Shown: positions 19,101 to 27,539, numbered from the stretch's first letter. The stretch: 64,000 nucleotides of DNA from Patescibacteria group bacterium (GCA_041665345.1 JBAYJA010000003.1:103202-167201), one strand, 5' to 3'. Translations and numbers: made by a program. Notes: generated from the letters alone by a model not told the origin.

Positions 19101-21075
19101 CGCCGTAAGACACGTTCAGGTACGGCTCACCATTTGCGTTAATGGCATTTTCCGCGGCAAACGTCGGTGAAGGAAGAGCCTGGCCGTCATAGTAGGAGAA
19201 GAGGACACCGCCATTGCCGTGGAGCAGGTAGAAGCGATTGTCAGCAGTGCAGGCAATATCTGCGCCAGCGCCAGCAGCGGCAGGAGCAGTAAGCGTACTG
19301 AAGGCTTGATCCAGTGCTGCGTTTATGGGGAAGTTATACACTTGCGTATTGGTGCTGCCACCGCCACGGACAATGAATAAGTTTCCGCTTCCGTCGTAAC
19401 ACATTGCAGAGCCGGTTGAAAGCGCAGCAGGCGTGCTACTCACACTGGCTGCCCAGGTTCGGGCGCCAATCAGGTACCGGCGAATGGGAGCCGCCGCATT
19501 TGCTTGCGCCACGAATAGGCAACCGGACGCGTCGCTGCAATCTGCTCCGTTTGGTACGTAAGCGATGAGATTATCACCCGTAGTACTGGTTGCAGCTTGC
19601 GTGATGATTGCGTCCCACTTTGGCGTTCCCACATCGTACCGAACAAATTCTGGAACACCACCCAGAGTTGCGTACACGTACCCATTGAGGTAGATCATGG
19701 ATGCGCCTGCTGCGGTGGCCCGTTGGGTATTTTCCGTCGCGGCGGCATTCGCATCCCAGGTGCCACCCGAGCCAGAAATCGTATTCACATCGTATTTCAC
19801 GAATTCCGTGTTCCCGCCGTTGAAGACGTAAATGTCGTCATTCGTGTTATCGAATGCCATGGCACTGCCCGCTGCGATGTTGCCAGTACCAGTGTACGAA
19901 GGAAAATTTTGAAAATTTGTAAACCACTGCTCAAGTGCAAGGTCGTAACGGAAAAAGAAACGGTTACTACCCAGAACGCTATAGATACACCCCGTTGTGC
20001 AGTAGGTATCACTCCCGATGGTGAATGCAGTGTCAGAAAAGATTAGGGGGTGTGACGTGGTTGCGTTTACCGGGTCTGGCACGGATGTACCACTGGACCA
20101 GGCATTTGTCTGCGTGTCGTAAATGAAGAAGCCTGATTGCCCACCGCCTTGGACTGCGTAGAGTTTGCCATTGTTCCCGCTTTCAATGTCCGCGCCACCC
20201 TGTGCAGAAGTTGAGCCCCATACATCTGGCGCGTTGCTTAGCGTGGACCACGTGTCCGTGTAGATGTCGTACTTGAAGAATGCGCCGGTTGCGTCTGTCG
20301 TAGAAAGTCCGTCATTTCCGTTGATCGCGTAAATCGCGCCGTCGTAGTAGGTGATGGCGCTGCTATAGAGGAATGGCGTGGGCGCATCAGCAAGTTGCTT
20401 CCAGGTGTTCGTGTCTGGGTTGTACCGGAAGAAGTCAGGTTGCCGACCACCAACAATCATGTATACGTAACTACCATCAGTGGTCAGGTCCGTACCAATG
20501 TCAGCTGGTTCCGAAGCCAGACCGTAGTTCCCGCGGAGGTTTTCTGGAAAACCCGGCGTGCTGGCATCCCAGGTGCCAACCCCGCCGCTTTTGATGGTCA
20601 AACTCCCTGGGGTGGTTGCAGTGTCCAGGGTGTTGTTCCAAAATTCTCCCGCTTCCCAATCCGCTTGGCTAGAGACAACTCGCGTTTCCGCAACGGCCAG
20701 GATGCTGCGAACCGCAAAGATCATGCCTAGCGCTCCGAGGACAACAACTGCAGCCACGGTATAGCGTCGGTGATGTTCTTGGATCGAGATTTGCGCCTTG
20801 GTTACCTGTGGTCGGCTATTTCTGATGCTTGAAACAATTTTTGTAGCGTACCCTCGTGTTTTCTGTAAAAACCCCACGAATGTCAACGTTGTATTGTTGC
20901 TGGTACGCTTGTGGAAAGACCGGGTTTTTAGCGGAATTGACAAAGTAACCGGTTTTTTCGGTTTCTGAGGAGCTCGAGGGGTTTTTTTAGCTAATTTCAG
21001 CGAAAAATTTGACTTTTTCAGGCCTTTTTTCGCTGCTTTTTTGCCGTTTCGTGCCGACAAGCTAGAACGGGGCAT
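13165..21075 (-). CDS. Giant (2636-aa) membrane-anchored surface protein with kelch-type beta-propeller repeats and C-terminal fibronectin type III domains
   Basis: N-terminal TM YTVAAVVVLGALGMIFAV; many kelch-like units (YVYMIVGGRQPDFFRYNPDTNTWKQL...); C-terminal FN3-like units (...LTWDEPTDKGSGVEQYAIYR...); the AT-rich Lys-rich first ~90 codons may be 5' UTR, so the true start may lie downstream. Confidence 0.7.
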   Translation of the reverse strand: MPRSSLSARNGKKAAKKGLKKSNFSLKLAKKTPRAPQKPKKPVTLSIPLKTRSFHKRTSNNTTLTFVGFLQKTRGYATKIVSSIRNSRPQVTKAQISIQEHHRRYTVAAVVVLGALGMIFAVRSILAVAETRVVSSQADWEAGEFWNNTLDTATTPGSLTIKSGGVGTWDASTPGFPENLRGNYGLASEPADIGTDLTTDGSYVYMIVGGRQPDFFRYNPDTNTWKQLADAPTPFLYSSAITYYDGAIYAINGNDGLSTTDATGAFFKYDIYTDTWSTLSNAPDVWGSTSAQGGADIESGNNGKLYAVQGGGQSGFFIYDTQTNAWSSGTSVPDPVNATTSHPLIFSDTAFTIGSDTYCTTGCIYSVLGSNRFFFRYDLALEQWFTNFQNFPSYTGTGNIAAGSAMAFDNTNDDIYVFNGGNTEFVKYDVNTISGSGGTWDANAAATENTQRATAAGASMIYLNGYVYATLGGVPEFVRYDVGTPKWDAIITQAATSTTGDNLIAYVPNGADCSDASGCLFVAQANAAAPIRRYLIGARTWAASVSSTPAALSTGSAMCYDGSGNLFIVRGGGSTNTQVYNFPINAALDQAFSTLTAPAAAGAGADIACTADNRFYLLHGNGGVLFSYYDGQALPSPTFAAENAINANGEPYLNVSYGAALASNRTDVADATDVYALIGNGRGVLLKFNIAGDTWDELTNMPTAPGTNVAGAQYTNTMVYDRTDNLYVFPGKMSKEVWRYDMSGNSWSRAADAPVRLGRSHGVTHGNAAGTMYLMRGENFNGIHKFNFETDAYIPAATWVSAPMDLHYVSSFTSLTSNATLNGNTIDFSTRSSDDGASWSAWASVSGTTIASAANRYIQVKAQLNSAAGDDAPVLDDFTITYEKDSTAPANPTVSAWTSSAKTTTLATPATTFATNPYFEFTPPAQTESPISGYYVAWTSGASCSTFNPSTSEDYFQTGTTYTVNSSVVNGTQYCLRVATKDVAGNVSSAANLFLYTYTGISPAATRQWSSQADFAYTGTTATDVNTNASSGTALQLSAVSNGAWSSEAPLPAAVSNGAAIVGDGNGSLYILRGAGQQTFYHYNINTKVITAKTNYGAAVNTGASAVFVSSGATGCADASGCVFATRGATTTEWRRYDITANTWTAASPGAGSLTVLPLTAANGASLAYNGSDTIYFLGGSTAPSTRFYSYNLGTGVWTQRSDVDQTVGLGGALSYVPTNIGACTAAGGCVYATRGNNTSHFWKGTIASSGAVTWSYTTNIPVWTGDGAAIRRVGSYLYLIRGTASNGFYRFDLSTSTWTSMPTLPTIKGQGSEQGLAYDTATNTLYSLRGYNVEATVLAFDITRNLWKGTAIPHGFSTAGFSTGTMAYDTQTGYVYAGRGVTFSDWWQLNPTTNAWLRKADVPHTLSTGADAEYVNHGTDSYDGVYVLTGNEAQGDNVGFFYRYNPTTDVWTRLANTPGEPTAGADLVWDGTNTIYTAQGGTTAYYKYVISTNTWSTVASTIPVLNGSGSCAVRINVSGTDYIYLTRANSQANIYRFNIGTETWDAAATVESAPAVLVGADACVADGQGNILVPQGTTNTNMYVLDPDGDSNGVWTTRAVPQTYTNGQLVMTTNNVILGNRGTSTSAIDRYIVATASTGYEDFGQWTSEILDFGAGLYGFGGIAVNAAEATNTTMTVETRTCSDAGCAASATDSHWGSWTAVTNTHPVGTVKTSTVASTLARYGQARITFRSDQVATPTIYDVTWSSYTDGTDPTNPVSAGAYTDNGKTVSINPGDWTNDATPYFEWTGSDNAGGIGLEGFYVYFGTDNSCTDPSGAACNASNLAHVSGSHYYAVAGDGVTGSWNAASQSSTALTSGTYYLKIMSRDRNANVTDAAVTGFTFQVDVANPSAPGSIVATPAGYSSLNSFGFTWTAGSDTGGSGINQYCYTTEGPGATETCVSAATLSIANIQAYQARANVFKVRSRDLAGNYSSAYAPVNYYFSGNTPAAPQGLVVTPTSQTDNNTFSFSWGLPSSCLGQTPCDAADILRYCYTLNELPSADTCGYNTAGSATPSPDGGWTTTTQTADRSLAAFSAATKQGTNTFYLIAADAIGNIDYTAVASVDFTFTSTAPGAPGSVQAIDSSDRSTKRYSVTLTWDEPTDKGSGVEQYAIYRCTKESATATNCDGPSTTDEPPTNYSRIATNKTLGYLDLGLDSTKVYAYFLRAVGTGGALSGNSSIVAEQPEGRFTSPPPIVEGPIVAPDSFAAVVTWRTERTASSFVEFGTTVDALSKEQGTATQIDAHEVRVTGLQPKTTYFFRVKSIDIDENIAYSSIGQFTTLEAPRVENVKITDIRLNDAIISWTSTKEATAIIQYGPTTDYGFTYTAASGFSSTHTVKLENLKDSTTYHFRLEGVDRADNPIASDDYNFTTLTFPKILTVSAENKAEGQTEVKWTTNVQTTSEVEYYNENAAPKTQGNSSLVREHSILVFGLEDATEYKFKVRGRDQFGYEAVSGENKFRTLEDTTPPVISEVKSESNTVGSGDAAKIQIIVSWKTNEPTSSQVQYGEGLSGSSYSAETDENAERVRDHLVVIGGLTPAKTYHFRVVSKDKAGNESKSQGYSILTSRARQSFLQIVIGNLEDTFSWLGGVGNLFGG

Positions 21076-21223
21076 GGGATTTTGGTGTATTTTTAGCTAA
21101 CTTTAGCCAAAATTTTACGCAGAAGAACTTCTACTAATTAGTAGGAATTATAACCAATTTTGGCTGGAAACTGTATGTATATTGTATAACAAAAATCGAC
21201 TTTTGTCAAATATTGATAATCTC

Positions 21224-22318
21224 CTATTTCACCAACATTCCGTCCCCAAAGGAGAAGAAACGCAGCTTCTTGCGGATTGCCTGCTGGTAGATTCTCATGA
21301 GTTCTGATCGCCCGGTCAGGCTAGCAACCAGCATGAGCAAGCTAGACTGCGGAACGTGGAAGTTCGTTATGAGTCCATTCACCATTTGGCATTTGTAGCC
21401 TGGTTGAATGAAGAGGCGGGTTTCGTCATTTCCTGCCTTGAGTTTGCCATTTCTGACAGAAGACTCTAGGGCTCGGGCAACGGTGGTGCCCACGGCAATG
21501 ATTGGACGGTTTTGCAGCTTTGCTTTGTTCAGCGCCTGAGCAACAGTAGGCGAAATGGCAAAAGTTTCTGCATGGAGTTTTTTGGTTTTGAGTTTTTCCG
21601 GCGTCAGCGGGGCAAAGGTGCCAAGATTCACGTGGAGCGTTACGTATTCCATGCCAATCCCTTGTCGCTTCAGATCAGCGAGCAAACGTTTGGTAAAGTG
21701 TAATGACGCCGTGGGCGCGGCCACGGAGCCGCTACGTTTGGCAAAGATTGCTTGGTATTCTTTCTTACGCTGAGCTTCAGTTAACGGTGAGTGCTTCAGG
21801 TACGGCGGTAGCGGCGTGCTGCCGAATTTTTCCAAAACCGTAAAGAGTTTGGTAACTGGAAACGACGGTTTGAGGATGTACTCACCTTTCGCATGTCGAA
21901 TCACCGTGAAGGAGAGTTGTTTCGCCAGGGTCAATTGTTCGGCAGCACCCGCCTGGCTCGGCTGACCTCGCTTGGCGGGCAGGGACAGCAGCCGATCAGC
22001 CAGCACGCGTATATTTTTTCCAGCTGTGCCAACGTAGAGCACGCGAACTTTGCCTCCGGTTTTTCGCGTGAGGGTCAGCCGGGCGGGAATGACTTTCGTT
22101 TCATTGAAAACGAGCATGGCATTCTTTGGCAGGTATTTTCCAAGATTTCGAAAAGTGTCAAATTGTACATGCTTGGTTTTCCGGTCGTACACCAAAAGCC
22201 GGCTGCTGTCCCGTGGCCGCGCTGGGGTTTGGGCAATCAGCTCCTTGGGGAGTGTATAGTCGTACTGCTTCACAATACGTACAAAGCTCTTTGGGGCTTG
22301 ACGAAATGTGTTAGGCAT
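21224..22318 (-). CDS. queA: S-adenosylmethionine:tRNA ribosyltransferase-isomerase
   Basis: LITNFHVPQSSLLMLVASL...FFSFGDGMLV. Confidence 0.9.
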   Translation of the reverse strand: MPNTFRQAPKSFVRIVKQYDYTLPKELIAQTPARPRDSSRLLVYDRKTKHVQFDTFRNLGKYLPKNAMLVFNETKVIPARLTLTRKTGGKVRVLYVGTAGKNIRVLADRLLSLPAKRGQPSQAGAAEQLTLAKQLSFTVIRHAKGEYILKPSFPVTKLFTVLEKFGSTPLPPYLKHSPLTEAQRKKEYQAIFAKRSGSVAAPTASLHFTKRLLADLKRQGIGMEYVTLHVNLGTFAPLTPEKLKTKKLHAETFAISPTVAQALNKAKLQNRPIIAVGTTVARALESSVRNGKLKAGNDETRLFIQPGYKCQMVNGLITNFHVPQSSLLMLVASLTGRSELMRIYQQAIRKKLRFFSFGDGMLVK

Positions 22319-22353
22319 AGTTCAATAGTGGGAAACCAACAAGGAGGTTTACA

Positions 22354-22566
22354 GTGTTTGAAGTGCTTACGTACTGCACGGTTGCAGTCGTTTCAGTCGT
22401 CATTCTGTTTCTGGTTGGCCTGGGATGCTTCAGTGGTATCCAGATGCTTGTGCAAGGAATGCGTTGCAGGGATTGGCGCAGCATCCGCGAAGGACTGTGG
22501 TGCGCGGCTGGTCCAACGCTCTCGCTCATTTTCTATGTTCCAGTAGTAGGACGGCTCGTGTCCTAA
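22354..22566 (+). CDS. Small membrane protein (70 aa), hypothetical
   Basis: SD aaggagg 6 nt before a GTG start; hydrophobic; followed by terminator gctcctgg-atttcc-gggagc-ttttta. Confidence 0.55.
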   Translation: MFEVLTYCTVAVVSVVILFLVGLGCFSGIQMLVQGMRCRDWRSIREGLWCAAGPTLSLIFYVPVVGRLVS

Positions 22567-22721
22567 AAAGCATAGCTCCTGGATTTCCGGGAGCTTTTTA
22601 TTTGTAAGTACATTGGTTAGAATTTTTGGACATAGAGTCGAGATATATTACGGTTGACCCTTCCAGGGTAGTAAGAGTATAGTACAGAAAAGGAAAAATA
22701 CATTGAAAGCATGAGGTACGT

Positions 22722-22949
22722 ATGAGTCTGTTCGGTATTTTGTTTGTGCTGAGTTTTAGCGGCACGCTCTATGGTCTCATTAGCTGGTTTGCTTGCTTGA
22801 GCTCATTGCAAGCAAGTACAGGTTCAGCCAGTGATGCAGAGTTGAGGCAATTACGCGCAGAGGTTCGCAGGTCAAAGTTCATTACCATTACGTGTCTGGG
22901 TTGTGTAGTAGTGAGTTTTGGTATTTTATTGATTCGCGCCTTTCCGTAA
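22722..22949 (+). CDS. Small membrane protein (75 aa), hypothetical
   Basis: Two hydrophobic helices; weak gaggt SD. Confidence 0.35.
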   Translation: MSLFGILFVLSFSGTLYGLISWFACLSSLQASTGSASDAELRQLRAEVRRSKFITITCLGCVVVSFGILLIRAFP

Positions 22950-23096
22950 GAATCGTAGTTATTATTTGCCACGACGTAGATCGTGGCTTTTTTATTTTTT
23001 TTCTTTTACCACAGCCATCCCATTGCTATTGACAGTTTATGCGCGCGGTATAATACTTAAATACTTAAAACGTCCATTCAAAAAGTGAGGAAAAAT

Positions 23097-23324
23097 ATGT
23101 ATCACGGCGTCCCAATAAGTTTTGGGGAGGGACTTGCCCTCATTGGTATGATTGTCGGCGCAATCGCGATTACCATTGGCGGCCTTTTTGTCGGAGAAGA
23201 CGGTTGGTTGGAATGGGATAGTAAACTTGCGACCAAAGTTCCTTCCACTGCAGCAACGCTGCTTGTCGTTGGATTCATTATCTTCGGGGCAAGTATTTGG
23301 TATCTGTTTTCCATCTACCAATGA
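23097..23324 (+). CDS. Small membrane protein (about 75 aa), hypothetical
   Basis: TTGACA(23029)/TATAAT(23049) promoter-like pair; gtgagg SD; ATG at 23097; two TM helices. Confidence 0.5.
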   Translation: MYHGVPISFGEGLALIGMIVGAIAITIGGLFVGEDGWLEWDSKLATKVPSTAATLLVVGFIIFGASIWYLFSIYQ

Positions 23325-23367
23325 CAAATACAGGCAATCTTTTTTCAAGAGCTCCAAATGGGGCTCT

Positions 23368-24501
23368 TTACATTTTTCCATGCACAATGAGTTGTCGGTA
23401 CTCTGCCACCAGCGTATTGAAGAAGAAGAGATTGTGCTGGGTGAGCAATGTCAGCCCAGTAATTTCTTTCGCACGCAAAAGGTGGCACAGATATGCGCGG
23501 GAGTAGGTTTTGCAGACAGCACACTGGCAGGTTGGATCCAGTGGTTTTTTATCATTCAGCAACGCTCGCTTGGATACGTCCAGTTTTCCTTTGCTGGTAA
23601 ATGCCGTGCCATGGCGGGCATAGTGCGTGGGTACAATGCAGTCAAACGTGTCCACGCCGGATTTGATTACTTCAGGAATGTCTTTGATATGACCAATGCC
23701 CAACAAGTGCCGCGGTTTCGCCTCAGGGAGTTCTGCGTTGACCCAGCTGAGCATTTGCCGCATTGTTTTCGTGCTGCCGCCAAACTCCCCGCCTATAGCA
23801 AAGCCATCAAAGGGTAAGCTCGCAATGAATTTTGCGCTGGAAATGCGTAAATCTTTAAACGGTCCACCCTGCACAATTCCGTACAATGCTTGTCGCGAAG
23901 TTTTTTCTTTAAGACAGACTTTTGCCCAGGCGTGCGTTTTTTCCAATGACGCCGCGTGGTAGGCGTGGCTGGCATGGGGTGGCGGGCACTCATCAAAGGC
24001 CAGGATAATGTCCGCGCCCAGTTTTTGCTGGATGCGGATGGACATGCGGGGACCCAGAAAAAGTTTTTTGCCATCAATGGGTGACTGGAACCAGACACCG
24101 CGGTCGGTGATTTTCACGCGTTGCGGTTGGCGGCCAAGATTCACTTTTGCTCCATTTGACTTGCTCACTTTTCCCACGCCCAAATCTCGGCCGAAGCCCA
24201 GACTAAAAACTTGAAAGCCGCCGGAGTCAGTCATGAGCGGCACTGGGAGTTTGGAAAAAGCGTGCAAGCCGCCGTGCTTGGCTACAATTTTTTCGCCTGG
24301 TTTTAAGTGAAGGTGGAAGGTGTTGCAAATCGCCAATTGCGTGCCCGTGGCGCGAACCTGGTCAATGGTCAGGGCTTTCACCACGCCCTGCGTGCCAACA
24401 GCCACAAAGGCGGGTGTCTGTACCGTGCCGTGCGGGGTTTTTAGCACGCCCAGCCGTGCCTGGCTCCGCTTGGATGTTTTCGTGATACGAAAGGTGATCA
24501 T
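23368..24501 (-). CDS. tgt: Queuine tRNA-ribosyltransferase
   Basis: LMTDSGGFQVFSLG; zinc motif CQCAVCKTYSRAYLCHL (CxCxxC...H) of canonical TGT. Confidence 0.9.
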   Translation of the reverse strand: MITFRITKTSKRSQARLGVLKTPHGTVQTPAFVAVGTQGVVKALTIDQVRATGTQLAICNTFHLHLKPGEKIVAKHGGLHAFSKLPVPLMTDSGGFQVFSLGFGRDLGVGKVSKSNGAKVNLGRQPQRVKITDRGVWFQSPIDGKKLFLGPRMSIRIQQKLGADIILAFDECPPPHASHAYHAASLEKTHAWAKVCLKEKTSRQALYGIVQGGPFKDLRISSAKFIASLPFDGFAIGGEFGGSTKTMRQMLSWVNAELPEAKPRHLLGIGHIKDIPEVIKSGVDTFDCIVPTHYARHGTAFTSKGKLDVSKRALLNDKKPLDPTCQCAVCKTYSRAYLCHLLRAKEITGLTLLTQHNLFFFNTLVAEYRQLIVHGKM

Positions 24502-24588
24502 GAAAATATCCTAGCATAAAGCGCAGGCAGAGCCGCCCGCACTTGATAAATACCCAAGGGCGGCCCACTGTGGCCGCCGGAATGATAA

Positions 24589-24915
24589 TCATGCATGCCC
24601 CTCATGCATCTCGTCCCATTTCCATTCTCGATCTTTGTTGTTCTGCAATTTTTGCAGAATAGCTTTTTCCATATCAATATTGAAGACACCAGCTAAGTGC
24701 AGGACACGTTGGATGACGTCACCCAGCTCTTCAGCAAAACCGTGCGGGCCGTCCAGTTTTTTGTGTCGGTACGCTTCGTATGCTTCACTCACCTCGGCAT
24801 GGATGAGGGCAATTTTTTCCGCCACATGCACCTCGTCCGGCTGTGTGCCAAAGCCTTTCTGCTTTGCTTGCTCCAGAATGAGAGCGGTGAGTTCTTGAAG
24901 TGAAAGTTTTTGCAT
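24589..24915 (-). CDS. MazG-like nucleotide pyrophosphohydrolase (single-domain)
   Basis: 108 aa; EVSEAYEAYR...ELGDVIQRVLHLA core. Confidence 0.7.
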   Translation of the reverse strand: MQKLSLQELTALILEQAKQKGFGTQPDEVHVAEKIALIHAEVSEAYEAYRHKKLDGPHGFAEELGDVIQRVLHLAGVFNIDMEKAILQKLQNNKDREWKWDEMHEGHA

Positions 24916-24926
24916 GCACCTCTATG

Positions 24927-25343
24927 TTAAGGACGAAACCCCTGCTCCCGCAAATGGGTAATGGGCAGGAACAGTGGTTCAGGTAGTTTATCCCAGCCAA
25001 ACCATTCCCAGCGCTCGCACTTCTCAGGTTCCAGAACTTGCGGCTCTTTGCTCACCCAGTCAGCAATGACGTACAAGGTAATGTAGTGCTTTCCTTCGTT
25101 TTCGTGGACATCATTGGTGTATGGCCCGCGGCGGAGATTGGCTATTTCTACCCCACACTCCTCAGCCACTTCTCGCAAAGCGCATTCTTCCGGGGTTTCA
25201 CCATACTCCAAATGTCCCCCTGGAAAAGCCCACGTTCCATTACCGTGGAGACTCTTTCGTTTCTGCAAGAGGACCTTGCCATCTTTCATGACAATAACCC
25301 CAACGCCTACACGAGGTCGATTTGTAGGTACCACATCAGCCAT
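24927..25343 (-). CDS. NUDIX hydrolase (MutT-like)
   Basis: Nudix box GGHLEYGETPEECALREVAEECGV; start taken at MADVV (rc ATG at 25341-25343). Confidence 0.8.
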   Translation of the reverse strand: MADVVPTNRPRVGVGVIVMKDGKVLLQKRKSLHGNGTWAFPGGHLEYGETPEECALREVAEECGVEIANLRRGPYTNDVHENEGKHYITLYVIADWVSKEPQVLEPEKCERWEWFGWDKLPEPLFLPITHLREQGFRP

Positions 25344-25347
25344 ACAA

Positions 25348-25788
25348 TTATTTGTTGCGTTTGAGAAACGCCTCAAACGCGGGAATGAGGTTTGGGATGA
25401 GATTGTACTTTTGGAAGTCTTTCGGATCAATCCACTGTGCGTCATCATGGTCTTGGCTCAGAGTAACTGCGTCAGTGCTCGTTTCACACACAAAAAACGT
25501 TGCCACCACTTGCCAGGGTTCACCTTTGACCACTGGCCGCCACTCATCTACATGGAAAGGTTGGCCAAGGGTTACTTCCAAACCTGTCTCCTCCCGGATT
25601 TCTCGGCGCAGGCTTTCATCAAAGCGTTCACCGGGTGGAATGCGGCCGCCCACAATGTCATACCGGGCGGCATTGGTACCCTCCTCATACTTTTTTGACT
25701 CACGGAGAATAAGCACCTTTCCATTGAAGGTGATGAAAGCTTTCATGGCCACGAAGATTTTTGGAGTCATACAAATAGTGTACAACAA
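25348..25788 (-). CDS. NUDIX hydrolase
   Basis: GGRIPPGERFDESLRREIREETGL Nudix box. Confidence 0.8.
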   Translation of the reverse strand: MLYTICMTPKIFVAMKAFITFNGKVLILRESKKYEEGTNAARYDIVGGRIPPGERFDESLRREIREETGLEVTLGQPFHVDEWRPVVKGEPWQVVATFFVCETSTDAVTLSQDHDDAQWIDPKDFQKYNLIPNLIPAFEAFLKRNK

Positions 25789-25836
25789 AACCGGGCGCTT
25801 GGGGCAACCCGGTTGTGTAACGATCCATTGGGAATT

Positions 25837-26337
25837 TTATCGCCTTTTCCAATGTCGAGAGCCAGTGACCAACGGCTGCGGGTGGCGAGGTTCTGCGTGT
25901 GGCGCTTTTGGGGTTTCAGAGATTCTTGTTAGATCATTGTTGAGAACCACGATGTCCATGCTGGCCAACTCATCCGCGATGTACGGCTGGTTAGGTATGG
26001 GGTTGAGCAAGAAAATGGGCTTCTGCAGGTAGAACGCGTACTGCATTTCCCCAAAGGTATTGGCGCCAATGTAGTTTTCGATACTGTCCTTCAGTACATT
26101 AACCACCAGGATTGCATCCGCCGTTTCAATTTTCCGCATATGTTCGCGAATGAGATCCAAATCTTTCTTGGCTTGCACACGATGCGTAGAATTTTCGTCC
26201 CAGTAGTTCACGCCCTCTACGAGGATTGGCACCTGGCAGCTATGCCCAGCGTTTCGCAGTTCTTGGGCAATAGCCTGCATAAAATTGTAGAATTTCAAAG
26301 ACCCACAAATGACGATATTCACATATACTCCTTCCAA
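25837..26337 (-). CDS. Nucleoside 2-deoxyribosyltransferase-like protein (flavodoxin-like fold)
   Basis: VNIVICGSLKFY...ADAILVVN pattern typical of NDT/LOG-like proteins; weak. Confidence 0.45.
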   Translation of the reverse strand: MEGVYVNIVICGSLKFYNFMQAIAQELRNAGHSCQVPILVEGVNYWDENSTHRVQAKKDLDLIREHMRKIETADAILVVNVLKDSIENYIGANTFGEMQYAFYLQKPIFLLNPIPNQPYIADELASMDIVVLNNDLTRISETPKAPHAEPRHPQPLVTGSRHWKRR

Positions 26338-26369
26338 TTGATTTTTCTTTTCTTGACCTTATGCCATTT

Positions 26370-26789
26370 CTACCTTTTTGCCAAGAGGAAGTTCTGGATG
26401 TAGTTTTCTGCTTCAGACAGCGTTTGATATTCACCTACGGTGAAATATGGATTGCCCCGTACCATAAGCGAAAGACTTCGGTCTGGGCCGGGGCGGTACA
26501 AACACAACGTAGGCTTCTGCAAGCGCTCCGCAGTCGCCAGTTCATACCCCACACCCAGGCTGGGCGTGGTCACTTCTGCCACAACCACGTCAGACTGTTC
26601 AAGCCAGCGTAGGTCTTCAGTGTAAATTTCTTGGATGGTTTGGGTGTCCTCGCGTTTGGTGGAACGTTCCAAATCACCCACATGCTCCGTCAGCACCTGG
26701 CCAAATTGTCGCAGATATGAAATGAGTCTTTGGTAGTGTTCCCGATCTGGCAAGCCGCCGCGGATGGAACCCGCGAAGTAGATGGTCAT
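26370..26789 (-). CDS. 2'-deoxynucleoside 5'-phosphate N-hydrolase (DNPH1/Rcl)-like, nucleoside 2-deoxyribosyltransferase superfamily
   Basis: MTIYFAGSIRGG matches the DNPH1 motif YFCGSIRGGR; size 139 aa. Confidence 0.65.
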   Translation of the reverse strand: MTIYFAGSIRGGLPDREHYQRLISYLRQFGQVLTEHVGDLERSTKREDTQTIQEIYTEDLRWLEQSDVVVAEVTTPSLGVGYELATAERLQKPTLCLYRPGPDRSLSLMVRGNPYFTVGEYQTLSEAENYIQNFLLAKR

Positions 26790-27214
26790 TGGTTTACAAA
26801 ATATTCCGCCAAAGGTTCAAACACGTGCTCCGACCACCCGACCTTGTGCTCTCGGGCTTCTTTGGCGTTTGGCAGGTTCGCATGCGTGAGTGTCACTTTG
26901 GTGCCGGTTTTGGTCTTCGCAAAAGTGTAGCGCACTTCGGACGGTTCCCACGCCTCAGCCCACTCAGTTGTTTTCCACGTGTACCCAAGTTCTTTGCCGG
27001 GCTTGTAGGCCAAAACTTTGCCGCTCACCCAGCCGTCAAACATGGCAAAGCGCCCGCCGACTTTTGGTTGGACAATTCCCTCACCGCTCCAGGCAGCAAG
27101 TTTCCTACTATCCGTAAGTGCGTCAAAAACTTCAGCTGGTGAAGCATTGAAGGTTGCGGTGAGAGTGAATCTATGTTGCTGTTTTTTCGTTCTCAAAGTA
27201 ATCATTCTCCACAA
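26786..27214 (-). CDS. SRPBCC / AHSA1-domain protein
   Basis: FTLTATFNASPAEVFDALTDSRKLAAW...; 5' end overlaps the cupin gene by about 40 nt, so the start is uncertain. Confidence 0.6.
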   Translation of the reverse strand: MWRMITLRTKKQQHRFTLTATFNASPAEVFDALTDSRKLAAWSGEGIVQPKVGGRFAMFDGWVSGKVLAYKPGKELGYTWKTTEWAEAWEPSEVRYTFAKTKTGTKVTLTHANLPNAKEAREHKVGWSEHVFEPLAEYFVNQ

Positions 27215-27539
27215 AATTGAACTTAAAGGCCACGTAGCAAAAGTCTTCTTTGCTCAAATTTCGAACTTCGTGCACATCATTTGGTTCAACAATGAGCACG
27301 TCGCCCACCTGGAGTGGGATGACTTTTCCATTGACGCTAAATTCCCCCGCGGTGTTCAGGAAGTAGAAGATTTCCGTCTGCTGTTTGTGGTAGTGGTTTT
27401 CCGCAACCTGCCCAGGCGCAATGCGGAGCTCTTGAACCAGTAAGCCCGGTTGCTGCAAATCTTCCGGCGTGGCGTAGATGCGCTTACTGTAGCCGGGTTT
27501 GTGCTGCCAAGGAGTTTGTGATGCAGGAATGTGGCGCAT
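27171..27539 (-). CDS. Cupin-domain protein
   Basis: ENHYHKQQTEIFYFLNTAGEFSVNGKV...GDVLIVEPNDVHEV. Confidence 0.7.
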   Translation of the reverse strand: MRHIPASQTPWQHKPGYSKRIYATPEDLQQPGLLVQELRIAPGQVAENHYHKQQTEIFYFLNTAGEFSVNGKVIPLQVGDVLIVEPNDVHEVRNLSKEDFCYVAFKFNFVENDYFENEKTAT

